A program made the translations under genes and the position numbers. From positions 32,001-96,000 of the forward strand of contig JBFGLM010000002.1 in the NCBI GenBank assembly GCA_041576165.1: a stretch of DNA of 64,000 nucleotides, given 5' to 3'. Within the stretch, counting starts at the first letter, position 1; each line of letters begins with the position of its first letter. Under the pieces are notes generated by a model, which worked only from the letters and a program-made list of their open reading frames with translations, ran no database searches and was not told the DNA's origin. The stretch is from Acidimicrobiia bacterium. GTDB lineage: Bacteria; Actinomycetota; Acidimicrobiia; Spongiisociales; Spongiisociaceae. Below are positions 17,658 through 28,796 of this stretch, one piece after another.

Positions 17658-18784
17658 GCGTCTGTCCCCTCGGACTCGGCCAGCAACTCGAGGACCCGCG
17701 GATGCCGCACCCGTCCACCGTGCGCAACGGTTACGTAGTCGATGATCTCATCCTCGAAGTCGAGCTCCAGCGTGCCCTCGGGAGCCGCCAGTTGCAGGAA
17801 TTCGAACGCGTTGCGAGCGAACATCTCGGATGCATGGGTGGCGGTCCGGGCCGGGAGGTCGGTGAAACCCACGATGGTCACGCCGTCGTGGTCGATCACC
17901 TCGCCGGGAACCGTCAGCTCACAGTTGCCCCCAGTGGAGGCGGCCCCGTCGATGACGATCGAACCCGGGCTCAGCGCCTGGATCATCGATCGAGTCACGA
18001 GGATCGGGGCGCGGCGGCCGGGAATTGCGGCGGTCGTGATCACGGCGTCGGCTGCGGCGACGTGCACTTCGAGCTCGTCCAGCAGTCGCGCCTGATCCTC
18101 GTCGGTGAGCGCCCGGGCGTATCCACCGCTGGCGGCAGCGTCCTGCTGACCCAGTCCAAGAGTGATGAACTTCGCGCCCAGGCTCTCGACCTGCTCTGCG
18201 GCCGCAGCCCGGACGTCATAGGCGGAAACGACAGCCCCCAGTCGCCGGGCCGTGGCGATCGCCTGGAGTCCGGCTACTCCGGCCCCCAAGACCAGCACTT
18301 TGGCCGGTCGAATCGTTCCGGCCGCGGTGGTGAGCATCGGGAAGAACTTTGGAAGCCGCGCGGCCGCCTCCAGTACCGCCTGATATCCCAGCACTGTGGC
18401 CTGCGAGGAGAGAACATCCATCGATTGGGCCCGAGTCGAGCGCGGGAGCAGCTCGAATGCCAGCACCGTCACGTTTCGCTCAGCGAGGTTCGAGATGCGT
18501 TTCGGATGCTCCAGCGGCTCCGCCAGACCCAACACCGCGCCGCCGTCGCGGAGCGCCGCGGCGACCTCGTCGGTGACGGTGATCGTCGTGACCAGATCTG
18601 TGTCATATGCATCCGAGCCAATCGCGGCACCAGCTTCGACGTAGTCGTCGTCAGCGAATCCCGCTGCTTCCCCGGCCCCGGGCGACACCACGATTGAGTG
18701 GTGGTCGCTCAGCCGGCGAACGATCGCCGGCGTGAGGGCCACCCGCCTGTCCCAGTCTGATGGTCGAACGACTCCGATGCGCAT
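17654..18784 (-). CDS. pntAa: NAD(P) transhydrogenase alpha subunit, part 1 (NAD-binding)
   Basis: RAQSMDVLSSQ, TAAGTI, GAGVAGLQAIATA, GGYA, IPGRRAP, GGNCE. Confidence 0.95.
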   Translation of the reverse strand: MRIGVVRPSDWDRRVALTPAIVRRLSDHHSIVVSPGAGEAAGFADDDYVEAGAAIGSDAYDTDLVTTITVTDEVAAALRDGGAVLGLAEPLEHPKRISNLAERNVTVLAFELLPRSTRAQSMDVLSSQATVLGYQAVLEAAARLPKFFPMLTTAAGTIRPAKVLVLGAGVAGLQAIATARRLGAVVSAYDVRAAAAEQVESLGAKFITLGLGQQDAAASGGYARALTDEDQARLLDELEVHVAAADAVITTAAIPGRRAPILVTRSMIQALSPGSIVIDGAASTGGNCELTVPGEVIDHDGVTIVGFTDLPARTATHASEMFARNAFEFLQLAAPEGTLELDFEDEIIDYVTVAHGGRVRHPRVLELLAESEGTDA

Positions 18785-18970
18785 GAGCGGTCGAATCTAG
18801 AGCCTTCTGAACGCAGTACGGGAATCTGAAACCACCACGAGTGTCGGTTGTCAGCCCGTCGATGGGCCCATGTAGTGGACAAAGCGCGGAAATGGCGCCC
18901 CAGAAAACCGCAGACGCCCTAAATTGGGGTTTCGGTAATGACGGATTCCCGAAACCATGCCCGTACGTCT

Positions 18971-19864
18971 ATGCGCGTCGTCTGGACACGCGGGAAAGGG
19001 TGTGCGGACTTGGCGGCTGCAGTGTCGGATGACACGGCGGCCCGTGTTACCGGAGACATCGAACAGGCCGTCGTCGCTCAGCGCGCCGACCTGCTGGTGA
19101 CGAAGAAGTTCACCCCGAAGGCATTCGTCAGCACCGCCAGCCCGATGGACTTCGATTTAGACGCCTTTGACCGTGTCGTCGCCATGGTGGGCGGTGGCCC
19201 CCATTCGGCGCTCGCCACTGATGTCGCCAACCGAATCGGACAGGCGCGTGGCGTTCCGGCGCGCCTCATCTCCGCCTACCGCGAGCCCGAGGAGCGCCCC
19301 GATGCCGTCGCCACCATCTACCGTCTCAATGAGGTGGCTCCCGGGATCGATGCCGATGTGGTGGAGGCCACCAGCCCGGCCGACCTCATCACGCGGATCG
19401 GCGACCGGACGCTGATCGTGTTGGGCGCCCCAGGCGGCTCGTGGGTGCAGAGGATGTTCATCGGTCCCGGCGCTCGGCTGATTTCCGCTGCGTCGGCCGG
19501 AGCGGTGGTGGTACGCCGTGCCGCTCGCCGGGTCTATCAAGTAATGGAAGATCCGATCTGGGTCAGTCCGCTGCTGGGTGCCACCGATGCGGTCCGGCTG
19601 TCCAACGCACAAGTGCTGCCAGTGGTCGACCGGGGACGCCTGGTGGGTACGACCGCCCGTTCAACCCTGCTGTCGGCGGCTGGTGGGGAGACTGTCGGCG
19701 CCTTGATGCGACCGCCCGAAGCGGTCAAGATCACCGACGGCGTGCGAATGGCCGGCGATGTGGCCAGCCGCCAAGGGGGCGGACCGGTAGCGGTGGTTGA
19801 CGACGACGGCCATCTCGTCGGGACCGTTCCTCTGTCGGCTATCCGGTCCAGCGCCGCGTATTGA
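18971..19864 (+). CDS. Universal-stress-like domain plus CBS-domain pair protein (start uncertain, 18938 or 18971)
   Basis: VGGGPHSALA and LIVLGAPG (USP-like); LPVVDRGRLVG and VAVVDDDGHLVGTV (CBS). Confidence 0.7.
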   Translation: MRVVWTRGKGCADLAAAVSDDTAARVTGDIEQAVVAQRADLLVTKKFTPKAFVSTASPMDFDLDAFDRVVAMVGGGPHSALATDVANRIGQARGVPARLISAYREPEERPDAVATIYRLNEVAPGIDADVVEATSPADLITRIGDRTLIVLGAPGGSWVQRMFIGPGARLISAASAGAVVVRRAARRVYQVMEDPIWVSPLLGATDAVRLSNAQVLPVVDRGRLVGTTARSTLLSAAGGETVGALMRPPEAVKITDGVRMAGDVASRQGGGPVAVVDDDGHLVGTVPLSAIRSSAAY

Positions 19865-19892
19865 AACCGCCCGGCGGCTGCCGGGAGCCCGG

Positions 19893-20099
19893 TCAGTGGA
19901 CGGCGCGGACGCCCAACAGGCTCAGCAACAACACCCATGCACCGATGACGAAGATCCGCCACTCGACATGGCGCCATGCGGCCCGGAGTGCGATGGCGCC
20001 CACGATCAGGACTGTCATCACCTGAACCAGCACGCCCGCATCGGTAGCGGGCAGGAGGACATCCACCACGGCCTCCACGGTACCGGGCCGTCGCGTCAA
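19893..20099 (-). CDS. Small two-TM membrane protein
   Basis: Two hydrophobic helices; fills the gap between neighbouring genes. Confidence 0.55.
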   Translation of the reverse strand: MTRRPGTVEAVVDVLLPATDAGVLVQVMTVLIVGAIALRAAWRHVEWRIFVIGAWVLLLSLLGVRAVH

Positions 20100-20181
20100 A
20101 CTGTGCGGGGTGCCATCTCGCTCCCGTGCTCGATCTGTACACGAGATCTCGTACCATGCGCGGTCTGACGAGAGGAGCGTG

Positions 20182-23100
20182 ATGGAAGGGCCGGTCGGGT
20201 ACTACCGCCACCCGACGATCTCGGGCGACAAGATCGTTTTTGTCGCAGAGGACGATCTGTGGATGGTTGGGGAGGAAGGCGGGTTCGCCAGCCGGATGAC
20301 CTCAAATCCCGGGTCGGTGTCCTTCCCGCGGCTGTCTCCGGATGGCAGCGCTGTCGCGTTCGTGTCCAAAGACGAGGGGCATCCCGAGGCGTTCGTTATG
20401 CCTGCCGCCGGTGGGCCGGCCACCAGGATCACGCACTTCGGCGGCCTGACCACAGTGGTCAACTGGCAATCCGACAACCGGGTAGTGGTGGCGACCGACT
20501 TCGAACAACCCTTCGCCTCGCTGATGGAGCTCCATTCCGTGCCGGCCGGCGGGGGGCTGCCACGGCCGCTCGGCTATGGCCCGGCCCGGGCGGTCTCCTT
20601 CCAGCCCGGCGGGCGAGGTGTGGTGATCGGCCGCAACTCGGCTGATCCCGCCCGCTGGAAGCGGTATCGGGGGGGAACTGCGGGAACGATATGGATTGAC
20701 CGGAACGGCGATGGCGAGTTCGCTCCTCTGATCGACCTTCCCGGCAACCTGGCGCATCCAATGTGGGTCGGACGCAGGATCTATTTCCTGTCGGATCACG
20801 AAGGACACGGGAACATCTACTCGTGTACCCCCACTGGCAGGTCGCTCAAGCGCCATACCCACCATGAGGACTTCTATGCCCGGTACCCGGACACCGACGG
20901 CAGCAGGATCGTCTATCACGCCGGAGCGGACATCTGGCGCTTTGACATCTCACGCGACGAGTCCGTGCAGCTGGACATACGGCTGCCATCGACCCGCCCC
21001 CAGCGAAACCGGCGTTTCGAACGCGCCACCCGCAACCTCGAGTCGATCGATCTGCATCCTCAAGGTTCGCAGCTGGCGATCACGGCCCGCGGGACGGTCT
21101 TCACGGCCCCGGTTTGGGAAGGCGCGCCGCGCAGTCACGACCGAGCGAGCGAAAGCCGGATGCGCCTGGGCACGTGGTTGGCCGATGGCCAGCGCTTTGC
21201 TGCAGTATCCGACGCCTCCGGTGAGGAGCGATTGATCGTGGCGTCCGCCGATGGCAGCGAACAGGCGCGGGTGCTGAGCGCCGACGTCGGCCGTCCGTTC
21301 TGGATCGAAGCCTCACCGGCCGGATCCGACCGGATCGCCGTCCTGAACCAGCGTCAGGAATTGCTACTCGTCAATGTCAGGTCCGGCCAAGCCCGGGTGA
21401 TCCATGCCAGCCCCCACGATCGGATCTACGGTATGGCCTGGTCACCCGATGGGCGCTGGCTGGCGTTTGGTGCCGCACTCACCCAGCGGAGCGCCGCCTT
21501 GCACGTGGCCGATACCAGCACCGGCCGGGTACATCAGATCACGTCCGGCGACTTCCGCGACGGCTGGCCCTCGTTTGATCCGGCCGGCGTATATCTGTAT
21601 TTCTTGTCGTGGCGTACGTTCAACCCGGTGTCGGACGCTTTGTTCTTCGACCACGGTTTCCCTAACGCGGCCAAGCCGTACCTCATCCCACTCGCCGCCG
21701 AGACACCATCGCCGTTTTCGTTGGAGCATCGGGAACCGCGCGCTCCCGGCTCCCCAGCCGGACCCAATGGGAAGAACCGCAACGAGGACCGAAACAACGG
21801 TGCCGACGCGGGGACGGCGGGCCCCCAACCGGTCGAGATCGACCTGGAGACCATCTCACGCCGGATCGTCCCCCTCCCGGTTCCAGAGGGTCGCTATACC
21901 AAGGTGGCGGGTGCGGCCAGTCGCATTGTGTTTTCATCCATTCCGACAGAAGGTGCTCTCCCGATCAGCCCCAACGCGGAGGAGGGACGACCGAAGGGTC
22001 GGCTCCAGGCCTACGACTTCACTCGGGACCGGGTAGAGACCGTGATGGACGGGATATCGGGCTTCACGGTGTCGATGGACGGCAAGGTGATCGCTATCCG
22101 GTCGGCGCGCAAACTGCGCGTGGTGCCGGCCGGGTTCAAGGAGGAGAATCCCGGTCCGGAGGAGAAGACCCGGGAGACGGGGTGGGTAAACATCGACAGG
22201 TTCCGCCTCGAGATCGTCCCCGGGCGGGACTGGGCCCAGATGTTGCGCGAAGCGTGGCGACTGCAGCGGGATCAGTTCTGGACCGAGGACATGTCCGGGG
22301 TCGACTGGGTTGATGTCTACCAGCGCTATGCCCCCCTGGTGGACCGAGTGGCCGCACGTTCCGAGTTCTCCGACCTCATGTGGGAGATGCAGGGGGAACT
22401 CGGCACGTCGCATGCCTATGAGATGGGGGGTGACTACCGGCCTGAGCCGAAATGGTTCCGAGGATTCCTCGGCGCGGACTTGTCCTACGACCGGCGGGCC
22501 AAGGCGTGGCGGGTGGAAAGAGTGGTAGAAGGCGATCCTTGGGAGCGGTCGGCTGCGTCACCGCTGGCGGCGGCCGGGGTCGACGTCGCCCCCGGTGATC
22601 GGATCCTCGCGGTGGACGGGGTCGATTTGGATGAGCGGACGACGCCCGGCATGGCGCTGGCCGATCGGGCGGGACGTCCAGTAGAGATCAAAGTGGCCCG
22701 TGGCCGGCGGCGACCGCGGACGTTTGTGGTCAGGACCCTCACCTCAGAACGCTCGGTCCGTTACCGAGACTGGGTGGAGCGCAACCGGGCCCTCGTGCAC
22801 GAAGGCACGGGCGGCCGGGTCGGCTATGTGCACATCCCGAACATGGGTCCGGACGGTTTCGCCGAGTTTCATCGTTACTACCCGGTGGAAGTGGAACGCG
22901 ACGGCTTGATTGTGGACGTGCGGTTCAACGGCGGTGGCAACGTCTCCCAGCTTCTGCTCGAGCGACTGCTGCGGCGCCGGGTCGGGTACAACCAGACGCG
23001 TCACGGAGGCTGGCGACCCTATCCGCAGGATTCGCCGGCCGGTCCGCTGGTAGCGCTGACCAACGAATGGGCGGGAAGCGACGGGGACATCTTCAGCCAC

Positions 23101-23430
23101 GCCTTCAAACTGTACGGACTGGGCCCGCTGATCGGCACTCGCACCTGGGGCGGGGTGATCGGGATCTGGCCGCGCCACACGTTGGTCGACGGCACGGTCA
23201 CCACCCAGCCCGAGTTCTCGTACTGGTTCAACGACGTCGGGTGGCGAGTCGAGAATTACGGGACCGACCCCGACATCGTGGTGGAGATCACCCCGCAGGA
23301 CTATCGCGCTGGCCGCGACCCGCAGCTACAGCGGGGCATTGAGGAGGTCCAGCGCATCATGAGCGAGAGCGGACCGACCACGCCCGAGTTCGGTCCACGG
23401 CCGGAGAAGGTGCCCCCCAAGCTCTCTTGA
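20182..23430 (+). CDS. Tricorn protease (peptidase S41 with beta-propellers and PDZ)
   Basis: YYRHPTI...VFVAEDDLW, WKRYRGGTAG, GELGTSHAY (His), DVRFNGGG, AGSDGDIF (Ser), GTRTWGG; AGAGGAG RBS; no signal peptide. Confidence 0.95.
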   Translation: MEGPVGYYRHPTISGDKIVFVAEDDLWMVGEEGGFASRMTSNPGSVSFPRLSPDGSAVAFVSKDEGHPEAFVMPAAGGPATRITHFGGLTTVVNWQSDNRVVVATDFEQPFASLMELHSVPAGGGLPRPLGYGPARAVSFQPGGRGVVIGRNSADPARWKRYRGGTAGTIWIDRNGDGEFAPLIDLPGNLAHPMWVGRRIYFLSDHEGHGNIYSCTPTGRSLKRHTHHEDFYARYPDTDGSRIVYHAGADIWRFDISRDESVQLDIRLPSTRPQRNRRFERATRNLESIDLHPQGSQLAITARGTVFTAPVWEGAPRSHDRASESRMRLGTWLADGQRFAAVSDASGEERLIVASADGSEQARVLSADVGRPFWIEASPAGSDRIAVLNQRQELLLVNVRSGQARVIHASPHDRIYGMAWSPDGRWLAFGAALTQRSAALHVADTSTGRVHQITSGDFRDGWPSFDPAGVYLYFLSWRTFNPVSDALFFDHGFPNAAKPYLIPLAAETPSPFSLEHREPRAPGSPAGPNGKNRNEDRNNGADAGTAGPQPVEIDLETISRRIVPLPVPEGRYTKVAGAASRIVFSSIPTEGALPISPNAEEGRPKGRLQAYDFTRDRVETVMDGISGFTVSMDGKVIAIRSARKLRVVPAGFKEENPGPEEKTRETGWVNIDRFRLEIVPGRDWAQMLREAWRLQRDQFWTEDMSGVDWVDVYQRYAPLVDRVAARSEFSDLMWEMQGELGTSHAYEMGGDYRPEPKWFRGFLGADLSYDRRAKAWRVERVVEGDPWERSAASPLAAAGVDVAPGDRILAVDGVDLDERTTPGMALADRAGRPVEIKVARGRRRPRTFVVRTLTSERSVRYRDWVERNRALVHEGTGGRVGYVHIPNMGPDGFAEFHRYYPVEVERDGLIVDVRFNGGGNVSQLLLERLLRRRVGYNQTRHGGWRPYPQDSPAGPLVALTNEWAGSDGDIFSHAFKLYGLGPLIGTRTWGGVIGIWPRHTLVDGTVTTQPEFSYWFNDVGWRVENYGTDPDIVVEITPQDYRAGRDPQLQRGIEEVQRIMSESGPTTPEFGPRPEKVPPKLS

Positions 23431-23511
23431 AGCGCCCGCTTCGCACGCTGCGTCCATCCTGTGGATGGTGCGCAGGAACCGTCATTGGGATTTGATACCG
23501 TTGGTCAAGCG

Positions 23512-26028
23512 ATGACTGTACAGATTCAGCCGCCCGTCGACATGGCCAACGGGCTGTCCCGGGCCGAGGTGGATGCCCGGGTCACCGCGGGCGCTGTCAA
23601 CACGCTGCCCGAGGGTCCGAGCCGGACCATCGAGGACATCGTTCGGGCCAACGTCTTCACGAGGTTCAACGTGCTCGTGACGGTGCTGTTGGTTGTGATC
23701 CTCATCGTGGCTCCGCCGCAGGACGCCTTGTTTGGGCTGGTCATGGTCGTGAACGCAGCCATCGGGATCGTGCAAGAGATCCGAGCCAAGAATCAGCTGG
23801 ATCAGCTCGCGTTGGTGTCTGCCCCCCAGGCCAAGGTGATCCGGGAAGGGCGCACGTGGCGCGTCGATGTCTCCGATGTCGTCCTGGATGACTTGATCGA
23901 GGCCGCGGCCGGTGACCAGATCGTGGTCGACGGCGTGGTCGTCGAGACCAACCGTCTGGAGCTCGACGAGTCCCTGCTCACCGGCGAATCCGATCCGGTG
24001 GCGAAGCGGGCAGGCGACGAAGTGTTGTCGGGGAGTTTTGTCGTCGCCGGCGCGGGGGTGTACCGGGCAGTGCGTGTTGGCTCCGAGGCGTATGCAGTGC
24101 AGCTCGGGCAGGAGGCGAAGCGCTTCACGCTGGTCAAGTCCGAGCTGCGGGATGGCATCGACTGGATCCTGGCTGCGATCAGCTGGGCGATCGTGCCGGC
24201 CGCGGCCATTCTGATCTGGAGCCAGTTGGAGGCTGCCGCATCGGTCAAAGGCGCTTTCGCCAACGCAGTGGCGGGCACTATCGGGATGGTTCCCCAGGGC
24301 CTCGTCCTGGTCACTTCCATCGCCTTCGCCGTGGGCGTAGTCCGGTTGGCCCAACGCCGGGTCCTCGTGCAGGAGTTGCCCGCCATCGAGGGTCTGGCCC
24401 GGGTAGACGTGGTTTGTTTCGACAAGACCGGCACGCTCACGGAAGGCAAGCTGGTTCACGCCCAGACCCTGCGGCTGAGTGACATCGATCCGGCACCCGT
24501 CATCGGCGCCCTGGCCGCGGCCGATCCTGCGCCGAATGCCACCACCAAGGCGCTGCAGGCCGCCTACGCCGCCCCGGATGATTGGACGCTCACCGAATTC
24601 GTCCCGTTTTCGAGTGCTCGCAAGTGGAGCGCCTACGAATTCGAAGGCCGGGGCGCCTGGGTTATCGGCGCGCCCGACGTGATCCCGTTCGGGCGTCGAG
24701 ATATCGAAGTGCGAATCGACGAACAGACCACCTCGGGTCGCCGGGTGTTGATGCTGGCGTCGCTCGACGAGCTGCCGAGCGGCGATCGCCTGACCAAAGC
24801 CTGCGAACCGATCGCACTCGTCATCCTTGGCGACACGGTGCGAGAGGATGCGCCCGCCACGCTGGAGTTTTTCCTCCAGCAGGGCGTCGCGGCCAAGGTC
24901 ATCTCCGGCGATGATCCAGAAACCGTGGGGGCCATCGCTCGCCGGGCCGGCGTTGTCGACGCACACGGTGTCGTCGACGCACGCGATCTGCCCGAAGACG
25001 GTCTTGCCTTGGTGGAGGCCGTCAAAGTGGGCACCGTGTTCGGTCGGGTTTCGCCGCGACAGAAAAGGTCGATGGTGCGAGCGCTCCAGGCCGAGGGGCA
25101 TACGGTGGCGATGACCGGCGACGGTGTGAACGATGTGCTCGCGCTGAAGGATGCCGACATCGGCATCGCCATGGGCTCCGGGTCGGCGGCCACCCGGGCA
25201 GTGGCGCAACTGGTATTGCTGGACAGCGACTTTGCCACGCTGCCCCACGTGGTGGCCGAGGGCCGGCGGGTGATCGCCAACATCGAACGGGTGGCCAACC
25301 TCTATCTCACGAAAACGGTCTACGCATTCGCCCTCGTGATCGCTATCGGCGTCGCTGGGTTCGCGTTCCCCTTCCTCCCGCGCCATCTGACGCTGGTCGG
25401 CTCACTCACGATCGGGATTCCCTCCCTCTTTCTGGCGCTGGAGCCGTCGCACAAACGGGCCCAGCCTGGATTCATTCCGCGGGTTCTGCGGTTCGCAGTC
25501 CCCACCGGGGTACTGGCCGCCGTCGCCACATTCGTGGCGTTTGGCTTGGCCGAGATAGAAGCGGAGCGCCTGCAGGAATCTCGCACCGTTGCCACGATCG
25601 TTTTGGCATCGGTGGGTCTCTTCGTCCTGGCGGTCGTGATGCGCCCGCTGCAACCGCGCAACCTGGCGCTGCTGTGGGGAATGGTGGTTCTGTTCGCGAT
25701 CGTGCTGCTCAATGGCTCAGCCAAGACATTCTTCAACCTCGACATGCCGAGAGCGGTGGTGGTCTTCGCCGGAATCGGCTTGGTGGGCCTCACGGGAGGC
25801 TTGATGTACCTGGCCCTGTGGGTGTCCGGCTGGTTGCGCGGAATGCCCGAAGTTGTTCGGGTCACCCAAGAGCGCGTGCGTGAGGGCGGGTTCAGCTTGG
25901 CCCGCCTCAGGGCACTACGCCGGCCCCCGGCCGTGCTCGAAATGCTGACGGGCGACATGGATGGGCCGGCCGGTGGAGCGGAAGCACCGGCCGACCCTCA
26001 GCTCACACTGCCGTTCGACGAGTCGTGA
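23512..26028 (+). CDS. Cation-translocating P-type ATPase (CtpE-like)
   Basis: LTGES, DKTGTLT, KVISGD, MTGDGVNDVLALK; M4 motif reads PQGL. Confidence 0.92.
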   Translation: MTVQIQPPVDMANGLSRAEVDARVTAGAVNTLPEGPSRTIEDIVRANVFTRFNVLVTVLLVVILIVAPPQDALFGLVMVVNAAIGIVQEIRAKNQLDQLALVSAPQAKVIREGRTWRVDVSDVVLDDLIEAAAGDQIVVDGVVVETNRLELDESLLTGESDPVAKRAGDEVLSGSFVVAGAGVYRAVRVGSEAYAVQLGQEAKRFTLVKSELRDGIDWILAAISWAIVPAAAILIWSQLEAAASVKGAFANAVAGTIGMVPQGLVLVTSIAFAVGVVRLAQRRVLVQELPAIEGLARVDVVCFDKTGTLTEGKLVHAQTLRLSDIDPAPVIGALAAADPAPNATTKALQAAYAAPDDWTLTEFVPFSSARKWSAYEFEGRGAWVIGAPDVIPFGRRDIEVRIDEQTTSGRRVLMLASLDELPSGDRLTKACEPIALVILGDTVREDAPATLEFFLQQGVAAKVISGDDPETVGAIARRAGVVDAHGVVDARDLPEDGLALVEAVKVGTVFGRVSPRQKRSMVRALQAEGHTVAMTGDGVNDVLALKDADIGIAMGSGSAATRAVAQLVLLDSDFATLPHVVAEGRRVIANIERVANLYLTKTVYAFALVIAIGVAGFAFPFLPRHLTLVGSLTIGIPSLFLALEPSHKRAQPGFIPRVLRFAVPTGVLAAVATFVAFGLAEIEAERLQESRTVATIVLASVGLFVLAVVMRPLQPRNLALLWGMVVLFAIVLLNGSAKTFFNLDMPRAVVVFAGIGLVGLTGGLMYLALWVSGWLRGMPEVVRVTQERVREGGFSLARLRALRRPPAVLEMLTGDMDGPAGGAEAPADPQLTLPFDES

Positions 26029-26224
26029 ACCCGGCTGCTCGACCTGGCAGTCGCCAACCGGTTCTCGGTACCTCTCAGCAGCGGGTGCTTGTGGTGCCGG
26101 CCGATTGTGCCACAGATCGCGCTCTCGGTGGGAAAAATGACACAACCGGTAGTCACCGCAACGGGCTGAGCCGCTGGGGGCGGGGGCGACGCGCGGCCGA
26201 GGGTTAACGGTCTATAGTCGCCGG

Positions 26225-27742
26225 ATGCACCACAACGTGATCCACGAGGTCGCGCATGGAGCACAGCCGGGGGGGCGCCGGCAAGAGGCTGTCAGGCTGG
26301 CATGCGCGCTGTTGATCGCCATTGCTGTCGTCCTCGGGCCTGCTTCCGCAGCCGGCGCGCAGAGCACCTACATCGGCATCTCTCCCAACACAGCTCCCGC
26401 CGGCGGGACGATCGTCGTCACCGGTGAAGGATTTGAGCCCGACAGCGCAGTCACTCTGAGGTGGTCGGACGGCAGCGCGCTCGGGATGGACACGACCAGC
26501 GGAATCGGAGAGTTCGGGCTCTCGCTGACGGTACCGGCTGGGGCTGCGGCCGGGCCGCACCAGGTCACTGCCACCGACACAGGAGGGACAAGCGCGTCCA
26601 GCACCATGACGGTGAACCGGGGTAGCGGCGGCGGCGAACCTGATCCGGTCCCTGAGCCTGAGCCTGATCCGGTGCCGGTGCCTGAGCCTGATCCGGTGCC
26701 GGTGCCTGAGCCTGATCCGGTGCCGGTGCCGGTGCCTGAGCCTGATCCGGTCCCTGAGCCTGATCCGGTGCCTGAGCCTGATCCGGTGCCGGTGCCTGAG
26801 CCTGATCCGGTCCCTGAGCCTGATCCGGTCCCTGAGCCTGAGCCTGATCCGGTGCCGGTGCCTGATCCGGTGCCGGTGCCTGAGCCTGATCCGGTCCCTG
26901 AGCCTGATCCGGTGCCTGAGCCTGATCCGGCGCCCCCACCAGAGACCGGCCCGGGCGGTGCGGCGCTGGCTCCGAGCACCTCTCCCGCCGAGTCGCAGGA
27001 GCCGCAACCGGCACCTTCGCCCGATGTGATCACTCCGGAGCCGAGCACAGACACGGCAGTCTCCGAAGAATCCGTCGAAGTCACATTCGCCCCCGCCGAC
27101 CCGTCGCCTACCCGGCCACCGGCCGCCGGATCCGATGCCCAGGCCGAGACCGGCTCAGTTGCGACGGTCAGCGAGGCGGCCCTGGACCGTGCCGTCGTCA
27201 GCGCTCGCAAGACCGTGCTGTACGACGTCGAGTTGCCTACCCGACCGCCGGGAGACACAGGCTCCGACACCGGCCCGGCATACGTCCGAGTCTCAGATCT
27301 GGTGGCCGGCCGGCTTGCCGACGACACATCTGCCGTGTTCGTTACGCTCACCTACGCCCCGGAGAGCCATGTGGACGGCCGGATCCGGCTGCGAGTAGAC
27401 GGAGAAGTCCTTGCGGGAGAGCTGTCGGTGGCGCCGGGTCAGACGCGCACATATCAGATCAACGGGGCTTCGCCCGAAGACATCGAACTGGCGGTCCTGA
27501 CCAGCGACGACACGCTGCTGGCTTCGACCGTGATCGGGCCGCTCAGAGGTGGAGCGCCTCGGTCCGAGATTGAGGACAGTGTCACGACAGTGGTGATCGG
27601 CGGCGCTTTGGCGGTATTGATCGTCGTGATCGTGCTGGGGTTGCGTGCCCTCTACCGGACGTCGGCGACCCGCGCCACACCTATCCCGTGGGCCGGTTCG
27701 GATGTCGAGGAAGAAACTGAGGAGCTCCAGGTCACTCACTGA
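26225..27742 (+). CDS. Secreted, C-terminally membrane-anchored protein with Ig-like domain and Pro-X repeat stalk
   Basis: Signal peptide ending ASAAGA; beta-rich domain ([11 protein letters not shown]...HQVTATD); PEPDPV repeats; C-terminal TM helix followed by basic residues. Confidence 0.8.
   Translation: MHHNVIHEVAHGAQPGGRRQEAVRLACALLIAIAVVLGPASAAGAQSTYIGISPNTAPAGGTIVVTGEGFEPDSAVTLRWSDGSALGMDTTSGIGEFGLSLTVPAGAAAGPHQVTATDTGGTSASSTMTVNRGSGGGEPDPVPEPEPDPVPVPEPDPVPVPEPDPVPVPVPEPDPVPEPDPVPEPDPVPVPEPDPVPEPDPVPEPEPDPVPVPDPVPVPEPDPVPEPDPVPEPDPAPPPETGPGGAALAPSTSPAESQEPQPAPSPDVITPEPSTDTAVSEESVEVTFAPADPSPTRPPAAGSDAQAETGSVATVSEAALDRAVVSARKTVLYDVELPTRPPGDTGSDTGPAYVRVSDLVAGRLADDTSAVFVTLTYAPESHVDGRIRLRVDGEVLAGELSVAPGQTRTYQINGASPEDIELAVLTSDDTLLASTVIGPLRGGAPRSEIEDSVTTVVIGGALAVLIVVIVLGLRALYRTSATRATPIPWAGSDVEEETEELQVTH
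26639..26929 (+). repeat. Intragenic hexamer tandem repeat (CCTGAG / CCTGAT / CCGGTS)
   Basis: About 290 bp built almost entirely from 6-bp units encoding PE, PD and PV. Confidence 0.95.
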
Positions 27743-28796
27743 TCATCCCGGCGAGCCGGTCGCCGAGCTCGTCGGTCGAAGCACCCATGTCCGGTCCCGC
27801 CATCGCGCCCAGCGTCGGCAATATGTCGGCCACCGCTGCCTCGACCGCCGCAGCCGCCTCCGACTCACCGAGATGATCCAGGCAAACCGCCAGCGACAGC
27901 ACCGAGGCCGCAGGGTTAGCCCAGCCCTTGCCGGCGATGTCGGGGGCTGATCCGTGAACAGGCTCGAACATCGAAGGATGGGCTCCATCTGGATTGAGAT
28001 TGCCCGAAGCAGCGAGTCCCATCCCGCCCTGCACGGCTGCCCCGAGATCAGTGATGATGTCGCCAAACAGGTTGTCGGTCACGACGACATCGAACCGTTC
28101 AGGGACTGTAACCAGGTAAAGGCACATCGCATCAACGTGCACGTAATCCAGCTCCACCGATGGGTATTCGGCGTGGACCTCCTGTGCGGTACGCCACCAC
28201 AGATCGGCCGCGAAGTTGAGGACGTTGGTTTTGTGACACACCGTGAGATGCCGGCGCCGCTCCACCGCTCGGTCGAAGGCGTAGCGAATCGCCCGCTCTA
28301 CCCCCAGCCGGGTATTGAGCGATTCCTGTGTCGCCACCTCGTGGGCGGTGCCCCGTCGGAGAAAACCGCCGGCTCCGGCGTAGAGGCCCTCGGTGTTCTC
28401 GCGGATGATGATCATGTCGCAACGCTCAGGAGTGAGGCCGGCCACCGGGGTGGGCACCCCTGGATATAGCTTCACCGGACGATGGTTGATGTATAAATCG
28501 AAGTCGAACCGCAGCTTCAGGAGCAGGCCGCGTTCCAACACGCCCGGCGGGACATCAGGCGTCCCGATCGCGCCGAGCAAGATCGCGTCGTGCTGGTCCA
28601 GCTCCGCCTGCACCGCATCGGGCAGGACGTCACCTGTCGCGAGATAGCGGCGACCACCCAGGTCGTACGGCGTTGTGTCGTAGGTGAAAGCAAAGCGGCC
28701 GGCGGCCGCCTTCAGAGCTTTCAGGGCTTGGGCCGTGACCTCCGGACCGACGCCATCCCCATCGATGACGGCGAACGTGTAGTGCTTCCCGCTCAC
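27732..28796 (-). CDS. leuB: 3-isopropylmalate dehydrogenase
   Basis: [55 protein letters not shown]. Confidence 0.95.
   Translation of the reverse strand: MSGKHYTFAVIDGDGVGPEVTAQALKALKAAAGRFAFTYDTTPYDLGGRRYLATGDVLPDAVQAELDQHDAILLGAIGTPDVPPGVLERGLLLKLRFDFDLYINHRPVKLYPGVPTPVAGLTPERCDMIIIRENTEGLYAGAGGFLRRGTAHEVATQESLNTRLGVERAIRYAFDRAVERRRHLTVCHKTNVLNFAADLWWRTAQEVHAEYPSVELDYVHVDAMCLYLVTVPERFDVVVTDNLFGDIITDLGAAVQGGMGLAASGNLNPDGAHPSMFEPVHGSAPDIAGKGWANPAASVLSLAVCLDHLGESEAAAAVEAAVADILPTLGAMAGPDMGASTDELGDRLAGMISE

Noticed and set aside
18820-18850. SigH-type promoter upstream of the USP-CBS gene
   Set aside because: GGAAT to GTT spacing is 21 nt, outside the consensus.
20182-23430. Tricorn protease as a novel system
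   Set aside because: Tricorn homologues are already known in actinomycetes, and no partner genes are linked here.
26639-26929. Repeat tract as a CRISPR array, or as antisense Gly-Ser / Arg-His-rich proteins (26204-27007, 26368-27351)
   Set aside because: No unique spacers and no cas genes; the units are in-frame hexamers of a plus-strand gene with signal peptide and TM anchor. The antisense ORFs are shadows.
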